This document shows, in pieces, positions 27,159-39,620 of a stretch of 64,000 nt of DNA. Source of the stretch: Monocercomonoides exilis PA203 (Eukaryota; Protista; Preaxostyla); assembly GCA_001643675.2 (NCBI GenBank), contig LSRY02000050.1:124001-188000 (forward strand), written 5' to 3'. A model generated the notes under the pieces. That model saw only the letters and a list, made by a program, of their open reading frames with translations. It made no database searches and was not told the origin of the DNA. The position numbers and the translations under genes are program-made. The stretch's first letter is position 1; each line of letters begins with the position of its first letter.

Positions 27159-30100
27159 TTTTGAAAATGTGTTGCAGACAGAAAAAAACGAAAATTCGTC
27201 ATTTGATTTGAATTCAGATACCATTGGAAAGAAGAAATCGGCGCAAAACAAAAGCTAACAATAATCATGAAAGCACAAGTTGTTATACCATTCTGCGTTG
27301 TTAGTGTTATTTGGCAAGGCGTTACAAACAAACAAACAAAGAAAAAACGATAAATCTTTTTTTGTGTTTGCAGTAATGGATATTCAGATCATCAGATTTG
27401 AAAGAACAAAAATATTCCTTGCTAAAAAATGAGAGATGGAGAACAAATATTTTCTGCGGAATGGGCGATATTATTTTGAGAGGTTGCACGAGACAGCGAA
27501 AGAGGGGAATTGATGATGGAATTGAGGGAGACGATTTTTATAAAAAGCATCATTGAAGGAAATTCAACATTTTTTTAAAAATCGAAATATTTGCATGTGT
27601 GCGTTTTTTATTGTTCCTGTTCGTTGAGAAGATGCTTTTATAAACCATCTTTTCAGAGTCCAAGAATCTGATTAATTTTAAAAATCGCGAATTTTATGTT
27701 TTTCTGAAGAGAACATCAGAAGAGTGCTGAATGTCGAGATACAGTCAACAGATGGGAATTGCATATTTTTTTGTATTCAATCGGAACAGGGGAAGAAAAC
27801 AAATTCGATTTCAAAGTATTTTGATGAGAGCGAAAAGAAGAATGACAACAATTGGACATCACTTGAAAAGTTGAAATACCGAATTATTTTTTCCTGTGGA
27901 AAAAAAGTGGATGATAGCATCAAAAGCAGAATGTTTGTGTGGGAATAAAGGATGATGGAGAAAGGAGCACTGAGAAACAATGGAAAAGGAGATTGACAGC
28001 ATCAGTGATTGGACAATCCTCTGCATTTACGATAGAAAGGAAAGGTGTGTTCTTTTGAGGAATTTTAATAATCAATGCAAAACTAATTATTTTTATTTTA
28101 TATCTTTTTTTCTCATTCCAATGAACAGCATTTTTTTTTCATGTTGTGCATCATTTTCAGGAACAATCCATTTAAAGTTGCATTTTTGAAGAAAACACAT
28201 TTTCTTCTCCTTTTCCTTCTCCTTCTCCTTCGATCTCTTCATTGATGATATTTTTTAAACTTGGTTGATGAAAAGAAGACCTTCTTCGTTTTTGAGAATT
28301 TTGTTGTTTGAATAGCCATCAAATTCTCATGTTGCAACACACAATGAAACTGCTGTCTGTTGCTGCTGTTGGCTGTTATGAAATTCGTATCTGTTCATCA
28401 TTTCTTCATTTTCTTCAAATGAGTCTTGTCCACATTTGTCGTTCAACTTCTTCCAGAAGAGCTCCATCCAACTCATTTCATTCCATTTCTCTTTCAGCTT
28501 CTCTGCAGAATTGAGCAAATAATTTCTTTGTTTGCTTTTCTTCGTCTGGGCTTATCAGGCACAGAATTATCCTTCTTTTCATTTGCGATTCTTGTGATGA
28601 AAAAAAGGCAATTTGAACGAATTGATTTCATTTCATTAAAATCGTCTTCTTCTTCAGCACCTTCTTCGATTAGAAACAACAAATGTTTTCACATTCGTTT
28701 TATTCGGCTCCTGTCAAATTCAGCTCCAGGCCTTGTCTTTCATTCTTCCACAGAAAGACAAAAGAAATATTTGTTCTTTCATTGAATATCAGCAGAAATT
28801 ATACATCAACGGAAACGATTCTATATTTAACCAAGAAAAGTCTCTCAGATGGCGCTCAGTAAAAAAGGAGGACCGTTTTACCATCTTCATTTGGAAGATG
28901 AAAGAGGTTCAGATGAAAAGAGCATATTATTGAAACAATTCTTGAACGGAATGGATGATTGAAATGATGTTCTTCTTCAGATCACACAACGCCAAATGCT
29001 TTCAACAAGCAATCAAAGATGAGACGATGAAGGAAATCGATTTAGAGAAAATTCATTTTTGAAAGGAAAATTCTATGAAGCAGCCGAATTTACAGAAGAT
29101 ATATGGTGATTAATCAATCAAATGCAAAAATGAGATGTTTTCTTCAATTTTGTGTGCCATCTCCACAACTTTCTTCGATTTTACCGTCACTTGCACATAA
29201 ATTCACCGACAAGTCAGCTGATGAAATGATTTCTGACTTATGATCTGCATCTTTTTCAGAAGACCCATCGCGTTGCGTGTGCTCTTGCAGGGCATCTTTG
29301 ATAGCCAGCAATGCATTGCTTTGATACCAAAATGACCATCCACATGTTCATTGTCAGCTGAATGCCCATCGAGAAATATAAACAAATCGACATCCCAATC
29401 GCCAAATGCCTCTGTTCTGTCATATCCAACAATCGAATTATCTTTTAGAGTGATGCTTCTCATAAAGGCGAACAAGGGCTTTTTCACAGAATCGAAAAGT
29501 TATCAACACACAAAATATACAACTCCTCCTCCTCCTCTTCCTTTATTGCTCGCACAGAATCAGCTGAACTTGGTGTTTAGGGAAAAAATGTTTCAAGAGG
29601 ATGTTTGTTGGAGTTGTTAGAGTTACAGAGGGTGAATGAAAGATTAATTACTTTGAAAGTGCTGGAGATGGAAGCGAACAACATCAAATACATTTTCAAA
29701 AGGAAGATTTTGATGTTACGGAGATGAAACAAAAGGAAAAGAAGCAGCGGATGGAGAAGGAACTCAAAGAATTATTCATTGGAAGAATAAAGAGAGAAAA
29801 GGCGAGGTTGAATCATTTATGATCATCAGCTTTTATCGCCTCGACACCATATTCTCTGTTTACTGTAGCTCCTGAGAATCGCATATAGAACAAGGATTTT
29901 GTGAAACTGTATCAGCTGAAGAAATTATTGAAGACTTGTTTTCATTCTATTTAAGCCATAAATTTTATTTATTTGTTGCAATGACAGCCAATTTCTTTTT
30001 ATGCTTTTTGTTTATTTGTATTGAATAGCATGTCAAGAAACTGCAATTTTCCTTTAATTGTTTGATTTTTTATTTTTTTTTATTTTTGAATACTTTTTAG

Positions 30101-30949
30101 AAAATTGATTGATAAATTCGATTTTCCATTAAAAAAATAAATAAAATAAAAATAAAATAAAATTTAAAAAAACAAAAAGAAGGAAAAGGAAGAAAAGGAA
30201 GAAAAGAGAATAAATAAAAAGAAAAGAAAGAAACATGCAAACATAGATACACAAAGAAGCAATAAAAAAAAAAAAAGAAGAAGAAGAAGAAGAAGAAGAA
30301 AAATGAGATATTTGATAATGATCATCTCCAAAAGGCACCATAACATTAATGCTCTATGGGGAAACGTTTCAAATTTCTCTGAATTTCTCCGAAAGCAAAG
30401 CAGGAATATCAGAGAGGCAGACTAAAAATGAAATTTCTTTGAGTTTCTTTGTGCGTTTTCCATTGTTTCCATTTTAATTTTTGTTAAAAATTGAGTTTTC
30501 TGCAATTGCAGGAAAGAAGTCGTTGTCTTTATCGAAATTGTCTTCTTCGAAGAATGTTTCGTCTCTTTTGGGGGAAGAATGAGTTGTTTCAAGTGTGATG
30601 AATATGTTGGCTCTTTCTTCTCTTTCTCTTTCTTTTCTTTCTTCATTTCCACAACATATACAATTTTTTCTTCTTCTTTATCTTTCTCTTCCACCTCCTC
30701 TTCTATTTCTTCTTCCTCTTCTCCTTCGACTTCTTCTTCGTTTTCTTCTTCGTTTTCTTCTTCCTCTCATTTCTGTCCTTTCTTTCCTTCTTCTTTTGTT
30801 CTCGTTCGTTTCCTTCCTCTGCAGTTCTGCTTCTGCAATAAATGTCTCCCTTGTCCTGCATCTGATCGAAGCATTCTTTGCTTTTCTTGTGCAACCGCTG
30901 CTGTCTCCAGCCAACAAACAATTGAATTACCCGTCTCATTGCATTAGCT

Positions 30950-31830
30950 ACCACTCTCTGTAGAAGCATCCTCACATTAAAAAAATGTCACTGCTTCAAT
31001 AATTGCTGCGACTCGTCAAGAAGATGAAAGAACGCAATGACACATCAGACGACTTGCAGGTACACGAGCAGCAGAGTGAACTCAATCAGCGCTAGAAAAT
31101 ATGCTCGATTGAAAGCAGAATCTGAAGAATTCCCCATTTTTTTTAAAAAAAACCATTTCTTATTGAAGCCGCAACACAAGATAAACACATACCAACAGCA
31201 TAACAATCAGAAATTTATATATTAAACAGTCTTCAGATAAACTGTCCACTCTCGATGTTCGTCTGAGAAAACATGGCCGTCTTGTCTAACGTTTGCAAAC
31301 ACCTCAGCGCACCCAATACGTAGCAACAAAGTCCCCACAAACCAACTCCGCATCGATGCTACGCAAATGGAGCATAACAAAAGAATCTCTGACTGTCTGC
31401 GCTTGAAGAGGTTGACACAAATATTCTGTATTTTTTCTGTAGTTGCCTGTGGCGTCGAAGAAAGCAAACTTCGAATGACAATCGCCTTGCTTGATCAAAA
31501 TGGCTGTCCTTTCGAAGAATGAAATCCAAAAGCGTTTGGCCTGAATGTTGTTCGACTGCCAACAAATATTCGACAATTGGATGTCTCGTAGTTGGCGTTT
31601 CTCCGCTCTTTTGAAGCAAAAGCGGAATCAGAAATAGAATTTCGCTGCCTTCCATGTCTGCCTGGCGCAGTCCGAGAAACAGGAAAACTTTATAAATAAA
31701 ACTGATATTTTGGGGCTTTCATTTTTAAAGTTGAATTCTTTCACTTTTTTATGTGATAAATATCCTTCCCTCGATATTGCCAGCCACTTTCCTTGTCCAA
31801 AAAATACCACAAACTGCTCCCCCTGCATGA
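30950..31830 (-). pseudogene. Decayed coding region, unknown product
   Basis: Protein-like ORF fragments (31655-31359, 30975-30703) broken by stops. No motif recognised and boundaries approximate. Confidence 0.3.
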
Positions 31831-32530
31831 TGCTCCAAAATGCTATATAATTTTGTGCAGATTTTGTCCTTCACAGAATTCCTTCTTTTCATCTTCATTC
31901 AACAAAACTTCAGTCGAATTTGTTTTCATCTCTTGTTCCAAATAAAAAATCATGAAAATCATATATCTTCCGTAACTTCATTTATTTCCTAATTGCTATA
32001 TAACAATCAGCTCTATTCTCATCGTATTGCTCTCCAAAGCGGGGATTGGCCATTTCAACAATAACTCGGATTCCTGCACTCTGGAGGAGATACAGATGGA
32101 AATATCTTTGCAATCAATAGGACAATATAAAATGCATTCATTCATGTATTTCCATTCAAAATGAAAATCGTTATATTTCCTTGGAAAACGAATCTCAATA
32201 ATTCAAAAGATTGAATAACAAAATTATTGCATTTCCACGATTTCTAGTTGCCATCATTGGAAATAATTCTTCTAATTATTTGGGAAATGTTCATTAATTG
32301 AACTCTCGTTTTGTTAATCTGTATTCCTTTTGAAATAAAACTTTGATCAAAACATCCATAACAACAAACAGAAAAAACAAAGCGTTTTTTTTCTTTGAAA
32401 TTACAAATCGAAAATGTTATCGAAAGATGGAATGGTTTGGATGCACATATTTCTTTCATCTTTTGTGAGGTTTAATTTTTCATCTGTTTTCTTCAATCCA
32501 ATCAAATGAACTTTCATTGTGAATATCAAA

Positions 32531-33991
32531 ATGGTGTTGTTTTCTGAATGAAAATTTCTACAAAAAATCTAGGAGAAGGACAACACAAAAAAGTTCAATG
32601 GTTCGCATTCATTGTTGGATGAAAACTCTTTTTGATTGCATTTCTTTTTTTTTTTATTTTTTAGAATTGTTTTCTGAGCTGGAGCATTACGATGAAGATA
32701 AACAGAGAAAGAAAATTGGAGAAACGAATGAAATAATTGATGGAATGAATGAAGAAGAATTCAGATCCATTTTCAAATCAGAGCTGTTTGATAAAATAGA
32801 CAAAATGATTGAAGAAAAGAAAATGTCGATAGAGAATACAATATTGCTGTTGAAGCATGCTGGATGTTGCGTCAAGCTTAAAAATGTTTTCATTCCAAGC
32901 TTTGGGAAATCTTCGTTGGCCAATAGATTTGAGAAAATGATTATTAAAGAAGAAAAGAAAAAAGAAGAGAAAAACGAGAAGCTTTTTGTTGATCTTTGTG
33001 AATGTTATCTTTTGTTTCATTTCGATTTTTCTTCAGAGTTGATTTCAATTTGTGTCCCTTGCCTTCTAAAAGCTGCGTCAAAGAAAGAGGAAAGCGAGGA
33101 GAATCAAAAAGAGGTGGAAATGGCTTTGCTGGCTTTGAGCGAAATGGGATATTGTGTATGAGCACTTCTTTTTCATTTTTATTATGTTTGCTTTTTCCTC
33201 CTCTTATTTTTGATTAGGAAATGAAACAAGAACAATTTTTGAAGGAAATTACAGAAATCATCAAACATCAGCAGAAACACAGAAATCTAACTCATCTGGC
33301 CTATCAATCTGCTTGGCTGTTTTTTATGTATAGATTCTTCAAAGATAGAAATTTGGAAGATACGATTGCGAATGAACTGCATTTTGGAAGAGAAGCAGCA
33401 AGAGAATTGGAAGAGCTAGCAAGATGCATTGGCTGGAAGAAAAAAGGAGGAGAGGAAACGAACAAAGAAGAAGCAAAAGAAAAGTTGACATTGATGAGAT
33501 GGCTCGAAACATGTGCAATGTATTTTCTCGATTGTCGATTGTGGAATGAAGAATTTATTGGGCTTTTTTGCAGAATTGTTCAGATATATCGAGCGGCGAA
33601 GGATAATTGCAGAGGAATTTGCATTTTGTGCACTTATCCCTTGAGAAATGCGGTGGAAAATAGAGTTGTGAGAGTTGAAGATTTATTGAAAGGAGGAGCT
33701 GTGGAAGCTGTTTTGGAGGAGATGCAGCGGCCAACGTTGAAAAAAGTCATGACAAATGAATGCTTGCAATTCCTTACAAATGTTTCGGAAAGATTGAACG
33801 AAAAGATGGATAATAAAATGGAAGAAGCGAAAAGAAAGGCAACGAAAAGGAAGGTTTTTGAAAAGCTTGAAGAAGGAGGATACGAAGATACCATCACCAC
33901 CTTTCATGAATTATTTCATCTTCTAAAAATGATAATTTTTGATTCCTATGAATTATCGGAGGATGTTTCAGATTATTTGGTGAATGTTTGA
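32531..33991 (+). CDS. Uncharacterised helical multigene-family protein, paralog of 25736-27158
   Basis: GT-AG introns 32601-32664 and 33156-33217 keep the frame (...KKFNELFSELEH... and ...GYC/EMKQEQ). A possible ATG-only first exon 32531-32533 with intron 32534-32572 is less certain. Confidence 0.8.
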
Positions 33992-34210
33992 GGAAATGAG
34001 ATGATTTGAATTTTTTTCATCTTTTCATTAAATAGAAAACAAATATGCATTTGAAGATCTTTTCAAAAATAATATTTTTTATCCCATTTCATTTTGATGA
34101 AATGAAAGAAACAAAAAATAAAATAAGAAAAAAACTTCTTTGATATTCAATAGTGTTCCACTTTAACTCTGACCTACACCATTTATTATTCAAATTTGGT
34201 AAACTTATTA

Positions 34211-36250
34211 GGGTCATCTTTTTATTGGAACTTTTTTCTTTATTGGCACCAAAATTTTTTGAAATGAAAAAAAGTTAAAAACACATCAAAAAAATACAAA
34301 ACTCGAATCAATTACTCTTCTCACTTTTCTTTTTCCATTTTCACGTTCAAACGGGTCAAATTCATCACTTGTTTCATTGTCATCATTTTTAATTTTTCTG
34401 AATTTTCTTTTCACTTTTTTCTCCAAAGGCAATTCTTCTTCTTCAATTTCATTTTCTTTTTCAACATTTTCTTCAATTTCCTTTTCTTTTTCTTCAATTT
34501 CTTCAATTTTCATCTTGTGTTTTTCATTATATTCATCCCATTCATCAAGAAGTTTTTCTTTTGTTATTTCTTTTCCGAAGAAGTCGAAACAATGTGAATG
34601 AGAAGGAATGAAGTATTGAGAAGACTGAGGAAGCTTCATTAGAACCGATCCAGATCCATTGCTGAGGACTCCGCTGTTAATGAAGGCTTTTTTGATCACC
34701 GATGGGGTGAATGCTGTGTGAAGGGCTTGTGGCAACACATCTGCAACAGCTGTTCTTTTCGAAGATGAGGAGGTGGATGATGGAGAGCTGTAATTGTTTG
34801 ATAGCTCTGACTTCAATACTGCAAATACACCTCTGTCCAGCGGCTGCGATATGTGCGTTGTGTGTGGAACGAAGGTGATGACATCAATTTCCGCTTCCTT
34901 GAACTGTCTCCATATCGTTGGATCTGCGCGCGATGAGTGCGAGTCCAGGAGAAGAAGGCAACGATGAGATTCTTTTAGAATTCGCTTTCTTCTGTCAATG
35001 ATAGCTGGCAGCAGAACTGTTAAGGCGTATTTTTTGAATGCTGTTTTGTCCATCCAGCCGTTTGTGTTTGGCCAAATGTCAAGCGACGGAGTCAACAGTG
35101 TTGTCAGTTCTTTCGGAAGATTTGCACTCGGCCACAGCACGACAGACGGAAGCGAGAAACCATCAGCAGCGATTCCAGCAACGAGAGTAGCATTCGGCAT
35201 CCGTTCGTCAGTCTTTTTGAACCCAGCTTGTTCATCTGCAGGATGAACAACAACGCCACGTGTTGAAGTCGGAATTCGAAGCGAAGATTCGTCAACATTG
35301 AAGATTAATTCTTCTGGATATTTGTTTTCATCGTGTAATGATTGTAATTCTGTATACCACGGCTTTAGGATTTTCTGACAAGATGCTGCAAGTCTGTAAA
35401 TATCAACTTGCTTTGGCAGCGAGGACTTCAGTTCCGGATGTCTCTGTATGAAGGCGTAAACTGTCTTTAAAGTTACAGTCTTTTTCTTATTTTCTTCTTT
35501 TTCTCCTTCTTCTTCACTATCGTTAATTATATTTTCCATCTAAATTCCAATTAATATACAATTCAAATAACAATTGCAAACCAGATCACGCGCTTTTCGT
35601 AACGAGAGGCTTGTCCCTGATCGAGATTCTATTGTTACTTCTTCTAAGAATTGCTTTTCTTTTTCGCCGCTAATAATTGGTGGGTGACCAACTTTTGCAA
35701 TAGGCCTTCCGTTTTTTATGGCTTTAACAGCGTGCTCCAATGACTTCTTACTGATTCCGCCGTATTTAACCCCGTCGACCAGCCTGACAACATTGTCATG
35801 AACAATGTGCGCAATCCTTTCTAATCTCGAACTATATTTTCTGTAATGCAATGTAGACATTGCTTCCTTCAGCCGCTTCTGCACCGCTTCTGCTTTCTTT
35901 TTTACTAGCAATTTCATATATATATTATGGGTAATGATCGTTAATAAATTTTTTTATTTATTAATTCTCATTAAAGAATTTTTAATTAATATTTAAATTT
36001 TTGAATGAATTAGAAATTTTTACAAACCTTTGTGCAGTCCAATTTCTCACGAAAGCTCAATGGAAGGACTTGAACCCCCCCATTTCCCCCCCATGAGAAA
36101 TTGGATTTCTTTCAAAATTCAAATATTAGAATACTTGACATTTGTATATATACCAAAAATATAATTTAAAATATCATTTGTGGGTCAGATTAATTTTTAT
36201 TGAAAAAAAAAGTGCCAATAAAGAAAAAAGTGCCAATAAAAAGATGACCC
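34211..36250 (-). mobile_element. Apparently intact pogo/Fot1-like (Tc1-mariner superfamily) DNA transposon
   Basis: 39-bp TIRs starting GGGTCATCTTTTTATTGG with one mismatch between ends, TA duplication at 34209-34210 and 36251-36252, and an internal transposase gene. Confidence 0.93.
34286..35917 (-). CDS. pogo/Fot1-like DD35D transposase, 2 exons (~529 aa)
   Basis: Motifs FNVDES, GWMD, LLLDSH and SQPLDRGVF, with 35 residues between the 2nd and 3rd Asp. A 42-nt GT-AG intron (35540-35581) joins the upstream basic, putative DNA-binding exon (35917-35582) in frame. Confidence 0.9.
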
Positions 36251-36967
36251 TATTCAAAATTAGTCAACTAATTTTTCAAAATTAATAAAATTCAGTATTT
36301 TTTATTATAAAATTTTTTGATATAATATGATCACTGGCTGATTGTCAGAAAGTGATTAAAATGTTTTGTTTTTTCATTATTCTTAAAAAGGATGAAAATT
36401 GAACCCCAATTTTTATTATTTGTGAATAAATTTGAAAAATTTTGATATTTCAGATAAAAAATCATCATCCTTGAAATCGAATAATTTTTAAATGAATTCA
36501 CCTCACATTGTTTTATTATGTGTTATTCAATCAAAATATCTAATTATTATTTTTTTAATATTCAGATGAACAACAAAAACAATCAAAGATTTTCTAGAGT
36601 GTATTAACAGATTTATTCAGTTCCGAAAAATATTTGTATTTTGTTCGAAAAACTGATGTTAATAACTTTTCTTGATTGAATTTAACATTATTTATCGATG
36701 TGAGGTGAATTCATTTGAAAATTATTCGATTTCAAGGATGATGATTTTTTATCTGAAATATCAAAATTTTTCAAATTTATTCACAAATAATAAAAATTGG
36801 GGTTCAATTTTCATCCTTTTTAAGAATAATGAAAAAACAAAACATTTTAATCACTTTCTGTCACTCAACAAGTGATCATATTATATCAAAAAATATTTTT
36901 ATAAAAAATACTGAATTTTATTAATTTTGAATAATTAGTTGACCAATTTTGAATAATAAATGGTGCA

Positions 36968-37386
36968 TTTTTTCCCCCACCCTTTTTTTTGTGGAGCTGG
37001 CTACGGCTTAATACAAGCTCGTGGCCATCGAAAAATGAGGAGAAACGTTTATTTTAATAAATTTTTCGAATGCAGGGAAAAATATTTTTTTACGAATTTT
37101 TTTATGACTTAGAGATCTCGGTATTTTTTAATTTCATTTTTTGATCATTAAATTGATGGTCTTTCCATGAATATAACATTCTGGAAGTTTTAAGCTACAT
37201 CATCATTACACATCATATCCTTTTTATTGTTTTTATAACTTTTCACATTTCACAAGTTTCTTTTTCACTTGTTTTCTCGTTTCGTCCACTTTTCGAAAAA
37301 ATGAAATTTTTGATTGAATAAAAAACAATTTTTAAGTTTAATAAATTGTAACTCATTTGATACTCAATATATTGTTGCACACTCAC

Positions 37387-37425
<39 letters not shown>

Positions 37426-38530
37426 AATAAGTGTGTTTGGTTTAAAAAATAAAAATTACCAAAATTGATGTTTTACAATTTTCTATTTAATATCATTCTA
37501 GCATAGCTTTGTTGTAAAACTGCATAATTAACATTTTAACATATATTAAGTATCACCTGTGTGATTATTTTTGAAAATATAACTTTTTTCGGGGTGTTTA
37601 TTTTTTTAAAAATATACACCAAAAATAATTCAAAGTCGAAAAAAAATAATTCATTTTCGCAAAAGAATAATTCAAAATCGGAATTAATATTTCAATTTCG
37701 AAAATGAATTCTTCAATTTCGAAATTCATTTAAAACCAAAAATTTTAATTTATCTCGAGAATGGATTTTAGAAATTTTCAAGTTGTTATTTTATCAATCA
37801 AATACTATAACTCAAATAACTGTTTTTTTTAATAGAAATATGAATCCAACCAATTTTTTGTATTTTTTTTTCCGTTTTCGAAAATCATCACTGAAATGAT
37901 AGTAATTTCAAAAATATTCATTCTATTGAATATCAAAATAAAAATATTTAATTTTCAATCACGTTTATTGTAAAATAAAAAAAACTAGAATTTTTTTTAC
38001 AAATAGAAAAAAAATTTTTTCTTTTGTAAAAATATTAAAATCTTCAATTTTTAATACGAAAATGAATACATTTTCTTTTCAAATAAACATCAAAATAAAA
38101 TATTTTCAATCAAAATGAATGAAAATTATTTAAAGAAAATACATAATTTTTCAAATATTCATTAACAAAGTGAACTGATGAAATACAAATAAATAGAATT
38201 AAAAACCCAAAACACAAGTTATTCATTCCACAAATCAAAAAAAAATATTCATTTTCGAAATTGAAATATTAATTCCGATTTTGAATTATTCTTTTGCGAA
38301 AATGAATTATTTTTTTTCGACTTTGAATTATTTTTGGTGTATATTTTTAAAAAAATAAACACCCCGAAAAAAGTTATATTTTCAAAAATAATCACACAGG
38401 TGATACTTAATATATGTTAAAATGTTAATTATGCAGTTTTACAACAAAGCTATGCTAGAATGATATTAAATAGAAAATTGTAAAACATCAATTTTGGTAA
38501 TTTTTATTTTTTAAACCAAACACACTTATT

Positions 38531-38570
<40 letters not shown>

Positions 38571-38989
38571 GTGAGTGTGCAACAATATATTGAGTATCAA
38601 ATGAGTTACAATTTATTAAACTTAAAAATTGTTTTTTATTCAATCAAAAATTTCATTTTTTCGAAAAGTGGACGAAACGAGAAAACAAGTGAAAAAGAAA
38701 CTTGTGAAATGTGAAAAGTTATAAAAACAATAAAAAGGATATGATGTGTAATGATGATGTAGCTTAAAACTTCCAGAATGTTATATTCATGGAAAGACCA
38801 TCAATTTAATGATCAAAAAATGAAATTAAAAAATACCGAGATCTCTAAGTCATAAAAAAATTCGTAAAAAAATATTTTTCCCTGCATTCGAAAAATTTAT
38901 TAAAATAAACGTTTCTCCTCATTTTTCGATGGCCACGAGCTTGTATTAAGCCGTAGCCAGCTCCACAAAAAAAAGGGTGGGGAAAAAAA
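36968..38989. mobile_element. 2.0-kb non-coding foldback element with ~740-bp near-perfect inverted arms
   Basis: Arms 36968-37709 and 38247-38989 are reverse complements, including poly-T ~37388-37421 and poly-A ~38535-38569. The spacer is ~540 bp and AT-rich, and CA flanks both sides. Confidence 0.9.
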
Positions 38990-39286
38990 CAGGTCAGAGT
39001 TAAAGTGTAACCCTATATTTCCTTCATTCGTCAAACCCTTTTTTCAATTAACTTGAACGCTCAGCTGTTTCATGAAGAAATAAAAATTTATTTGCTCGTT
39101 CATCAAATCTAAATGTTTCTCTTTCAGTCTAATGATTATTTTTTCGTTTTTCCGCTCATTTCTTGCTTTTCCAAATTATGCATAATTTCTGTGAACAAAG
39201 TTGAAAGCGAAATGAAGTCTAGACAATTCAGACTTACACTCAAACTCAGTTGGGACATTCCAAACAAAGAGATATTTTTCACAATA

Positions 39287-39448
39287 CCATTGGCGTTTCC
39301 CCAGCACCCTGGCTCCAAATCCTCTCCCTTTCATTGAAGCATTCTCTTGTTTTTCTTTTTTTTTTTTGAATAATGGAAATAAAAACAAGAGAATACTTCA
39401 ATGAAAGGGAGAGGATTTGGCACTAGGTGGCGGGTTAATAACCAATTG
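39287..39448. mobile_element. 162-bp hairpin MITE
   Basis: 40-bp stem 39315-39354 / 39381-39420 with one mismatch. Degenerate outer arms end TA|CCATTGG ... CCAATTG|TA. Confidence 0.7.
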
Positions 39449-39620
39449 TATTATAATTGTAATTTCAAAAATATGTCAATTTTATTGTTGTTATTTCTTC
39501 GCTTCATTTTGATGAATCTGGATAATAAATCACTTTTAAAACAAACTTATGAGAATTAATTTTTGTACAGTTAATTGAAATGAAAAAATAAAAAAATGAT
39601 AAAAATTACAATGAATTTCT

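Larger units (their letters stand above)
34153..39013. mobile_element. TA-flanked foldback MITE hosting two nested insertions
   Basis: Left end TA|GTGTTCCACTTTAACTCTGACCTACACCATTTATTATTCAAA. Right end TTTGAATAATAAATGGTGCA[insert]CAGGTCAGAGTTAAAGTGTAACCC|TA. Inner arms ~36253-36510 and ~36697-36965 are inverted copies. Confidence 0.8.

Noticed and set aside
29203-29487. PP2C-like motifs (AFGD, DGH) in a 94-aa minus-strand ORF
   Set aside because: The motifs are in the wrong order for PP2C, the ORF is short and the opposite strand is equally open. Probably coincidental.
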